A stretch of DNA of 54,149 nucleotides, taken from contig JANMYL010000118.1 of NCBI GenBank assembly GCA_031382045.1, positions 1 to 54,149 on the forward strand, in the 5' to 3' direction. The DNA is from Akkermansiaceae bacterium. GTDB lineage: Bacteria; Verrucomicrobiota; Verrucomicrobiia; Verrucomicrobiales; Akkermansiaceae. Position numbers and translations under genes: made by a program. Below are positions 52,476 through 54,149 of the stretch, piece after piece (position 1 is the first letter of the stretch; each line of letters starts with the position of its first letter). Under the pieces are notes generated by a model. It did no database searches and had not been told where the DNA came from. It saw only the letters and a list, made by a program, of their open reading frames with translations.

Positions 52476-52985
52476 GTGACGCAAAAATTCTCCGGCCCCG
52501 CCCAGCCAAGCCACGCTGGGCGTTGGTTTTTAATAATCCTCGGCTTGTCAATCGCTCTGCTTGGCGGCTTTTTCGTCTGGCTGATGGCGCGCAGTTTTCT
52601 GCGAGCACGTGAAATGCGGAGCTGGCCGGAAGTCGCCTGTGTGATCATCAACTCGGAGATAGTAGAAAGGCGGCATGATGGAAACTCGCCTATGGAATTT
52701 CGCCAAAATTTGAGTTTTGGCTACGAGTGGCAAGGCACCGTCCACACCGGTGATCATTTGACCCTGCGTGGAAGCCCGTGGTCCTCCAAGCGCGAGCTAG
52801 CAGAGGCGCGGACCGCAGAATTCCCGGTTGGAAAAACGACAACTTGCCGGGTAAATCCGCTGAAACCTCAGTTTGCAGTCTTGAAACCGGATTCGCTCGC
52901 GCCGGGATACTCGATCTGGTTCCCAGCGTTGTTCGTAGTCGGTGGACTCGGCATCAGCATTCGGGCTGCCGTCAGGAAGCAATGA
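52476..52985 (+). CDS. DUF3592-like membrane protein
   Basis: TM helix, SWPEVACVIINS, FPVG....CRVNP..P..AVL, TM helix. Confidence 0.75.
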   Translation: MTQKFSGPAQPSHAGRWFLIILGLSIALLGGFFVWLMARSFLRAREMRSWPEVACVIINSEIVERRHDGNSPMEFRQNLSFGYEWQGTVHTGDHLTLRGSPWSSKRELAEARTAEFPVGKTTTCRVNPLKPQFAVLKPDSLAPGYSIWFPALFVVGGLGISIRAAVRKQ

Positions 52986-53162
52986 AAGAGGCTGTGTTCT
53001 ATATTTACCGGCTTATTATCAGTCATTTACAGTCAACCTTGCAGTTATAAGGTTTTTATTGCGTCCCAGCGTTTTCGTGGATTAGGCTCGCAGCCCGGCG
53101 TTGCGTGGCGGGGAAATACTTTCCCGCCATAATTGCCGGACAATTTTTCAACTTCACACGAG

Positions 53163-54149
53163 ATGAATCCAGACAGAGCTACCCTTAATTTCCTCAATAG
53201 TTTTCCAGAGGAAGCCAGAAAACGGGGGGAAATGCTCCAAAAAGACGGTGCCGTCACCCAAATTTTCGGAAACCACCTCTTCATTCAGGGCCGCGTCGAG
53301 GACTTGTCCGGCACTTTCCGCACCAGCCTCCGCCTCCAAGGCAACCGTTGGTTCGGCTCCTGCACCGCCGAAGACGAGCTAATCGCCGGTGCGTGCCAGT
53401 ATGCCACCATGATGGAGCGCATGCACCGCGGCGAGGATCTACCGGAATCTCCTAACGAATTCGACGACACGCCAGTGCTCGACATCATCGAGGAAAAACT
53501 TGGCCGCGAGCTCGACGACAAGGAGGCCGATTTTGTCACTAAAATCGAAAAGCGCTACCGGCGCTACGTGATCGAGGGCGAACTCCACGACCACGACATG
53601 GTCCGCATCACCCCGCGTTGGGAAATCACGACTTACGAACCGCTCGAGCTCTGGCCCATCCCGCCGGGCGACATCCTCGAGTTCTGGAACTACATCGCCT
53701 ACGCTTTTTATAAAAAGAAACTCCCTTATCCGGAGTTCATGAGCGTGATCACCGATCTCGGTCATGTGCAGAAGAAAATGGCAGACTGGGAGCAAGAGCG
53801 CGAAGTTGCCTCCTGGTACGAGCGCATCGAGCACGTCAACGAGCGCCCGCCGCAAGACGCGCCCGTTTCCGTCGCATTTCGTCTCGTTGCCACTATCAAC
53901 GAAGCCCGCCTCGAAGTGAAAGAGGAAAAAGCCGGAGTCTGGATCCAGCTTCGCGAAAAGAACGACATCGAGAATTACGTCAATCTCCACCATGAAGCCG
54001 CCCTGCTCATGGACGCTTCCAGCCAGACGCTCTGGGAGCATTACCTCGCTTTTTATCGGAAATACGGCGACACCACCCTCGACTTCGACCAAGAGGAATC
54101 CTGCCGTTTCATGAACCGCGTTTTCCGCCAGCCCGCCCTCAGCGGCTAC
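53163..54149 (+). CDS. N-terminal part of a large protein, probably a SNF2-related helicase; runs off the window end
   Basis: Open frame from ATG 53163 (MNPDRATLNFLNSFPEEARKRG...), with strong coding bias. Missing from the ORF track because it has no stop. Helicase motifs are not inside the window, so the product call is recollection only. Confidence 0.6.
   Translation, partial: MNPDRATLNFLNSFPEEARKRGEMLQKDGAVTQIFGNHLFIQGRVEDLSGTFRTSLRLQGNRWFGSCTAEDELIAGACQYATMMERMHRGEDLPESPNEFDDTPVLDIIEEKLGRELDDKEADFVTKIEKRYRRYVIEGELHDHDMVRITPRWEITTYEPLELWPIPPGDILEFWNYIAYAFYKKKLPYPEFMSVITDLGHVQKKMADWEQEREVASWYERIEHVNERPPQDAPVSVAFRLVATINEARLEVKEEKAGVWIQLREKNDIENYVNLHHEAALLMDASSQTLWEHYLAFYRKYGDTTLDFDQEESCRFMNRVFRQPALSGY

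Noticed and set aside
53439-54092. 217 aa minus-strand ORF
   Set aside because: Shadow of the plus-strand gene starting at 53163.

Overview
GC-rich bacterial chromosome segment. The gene set and style suggest Verrucomicrobia (Luteolibacter/Akkermansiaceae-like); this is inference. From left to right: an IS/HsdM remnant and a nucleotidyltransferase + HTH pair; ligA; a Gld-like ABC operon; a decayed IS3 region; housekeeping genes (OYE, pirin, ptsI, DEAD helicase, rpsT, trhO-rluA fusion, rpmE2, hisF); two S8 peptidase paralogs; and a ~17 kb putative zinc-starvation island. The island has a TonB receptor converging on a ~14 kb operon with five full-length COG0523 GTPases, znuABC, a WD40 protein, hisI and thrS paralogs, and a FeoB/oxidoreductase chimera. 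The most unusual object is inside ligA: a ~240 aa kinase-like domain inserted in frame in the adenylation domain. It carries its own sigma70-like promoter and a nested +1-frame 71-codon ORF, a candidate toxin-kinase/antidote element embedded in an essential gene. No rRNA, tRNA or CRISPR array was seen. All family calls come from motif recognition by eye; no searches were run.
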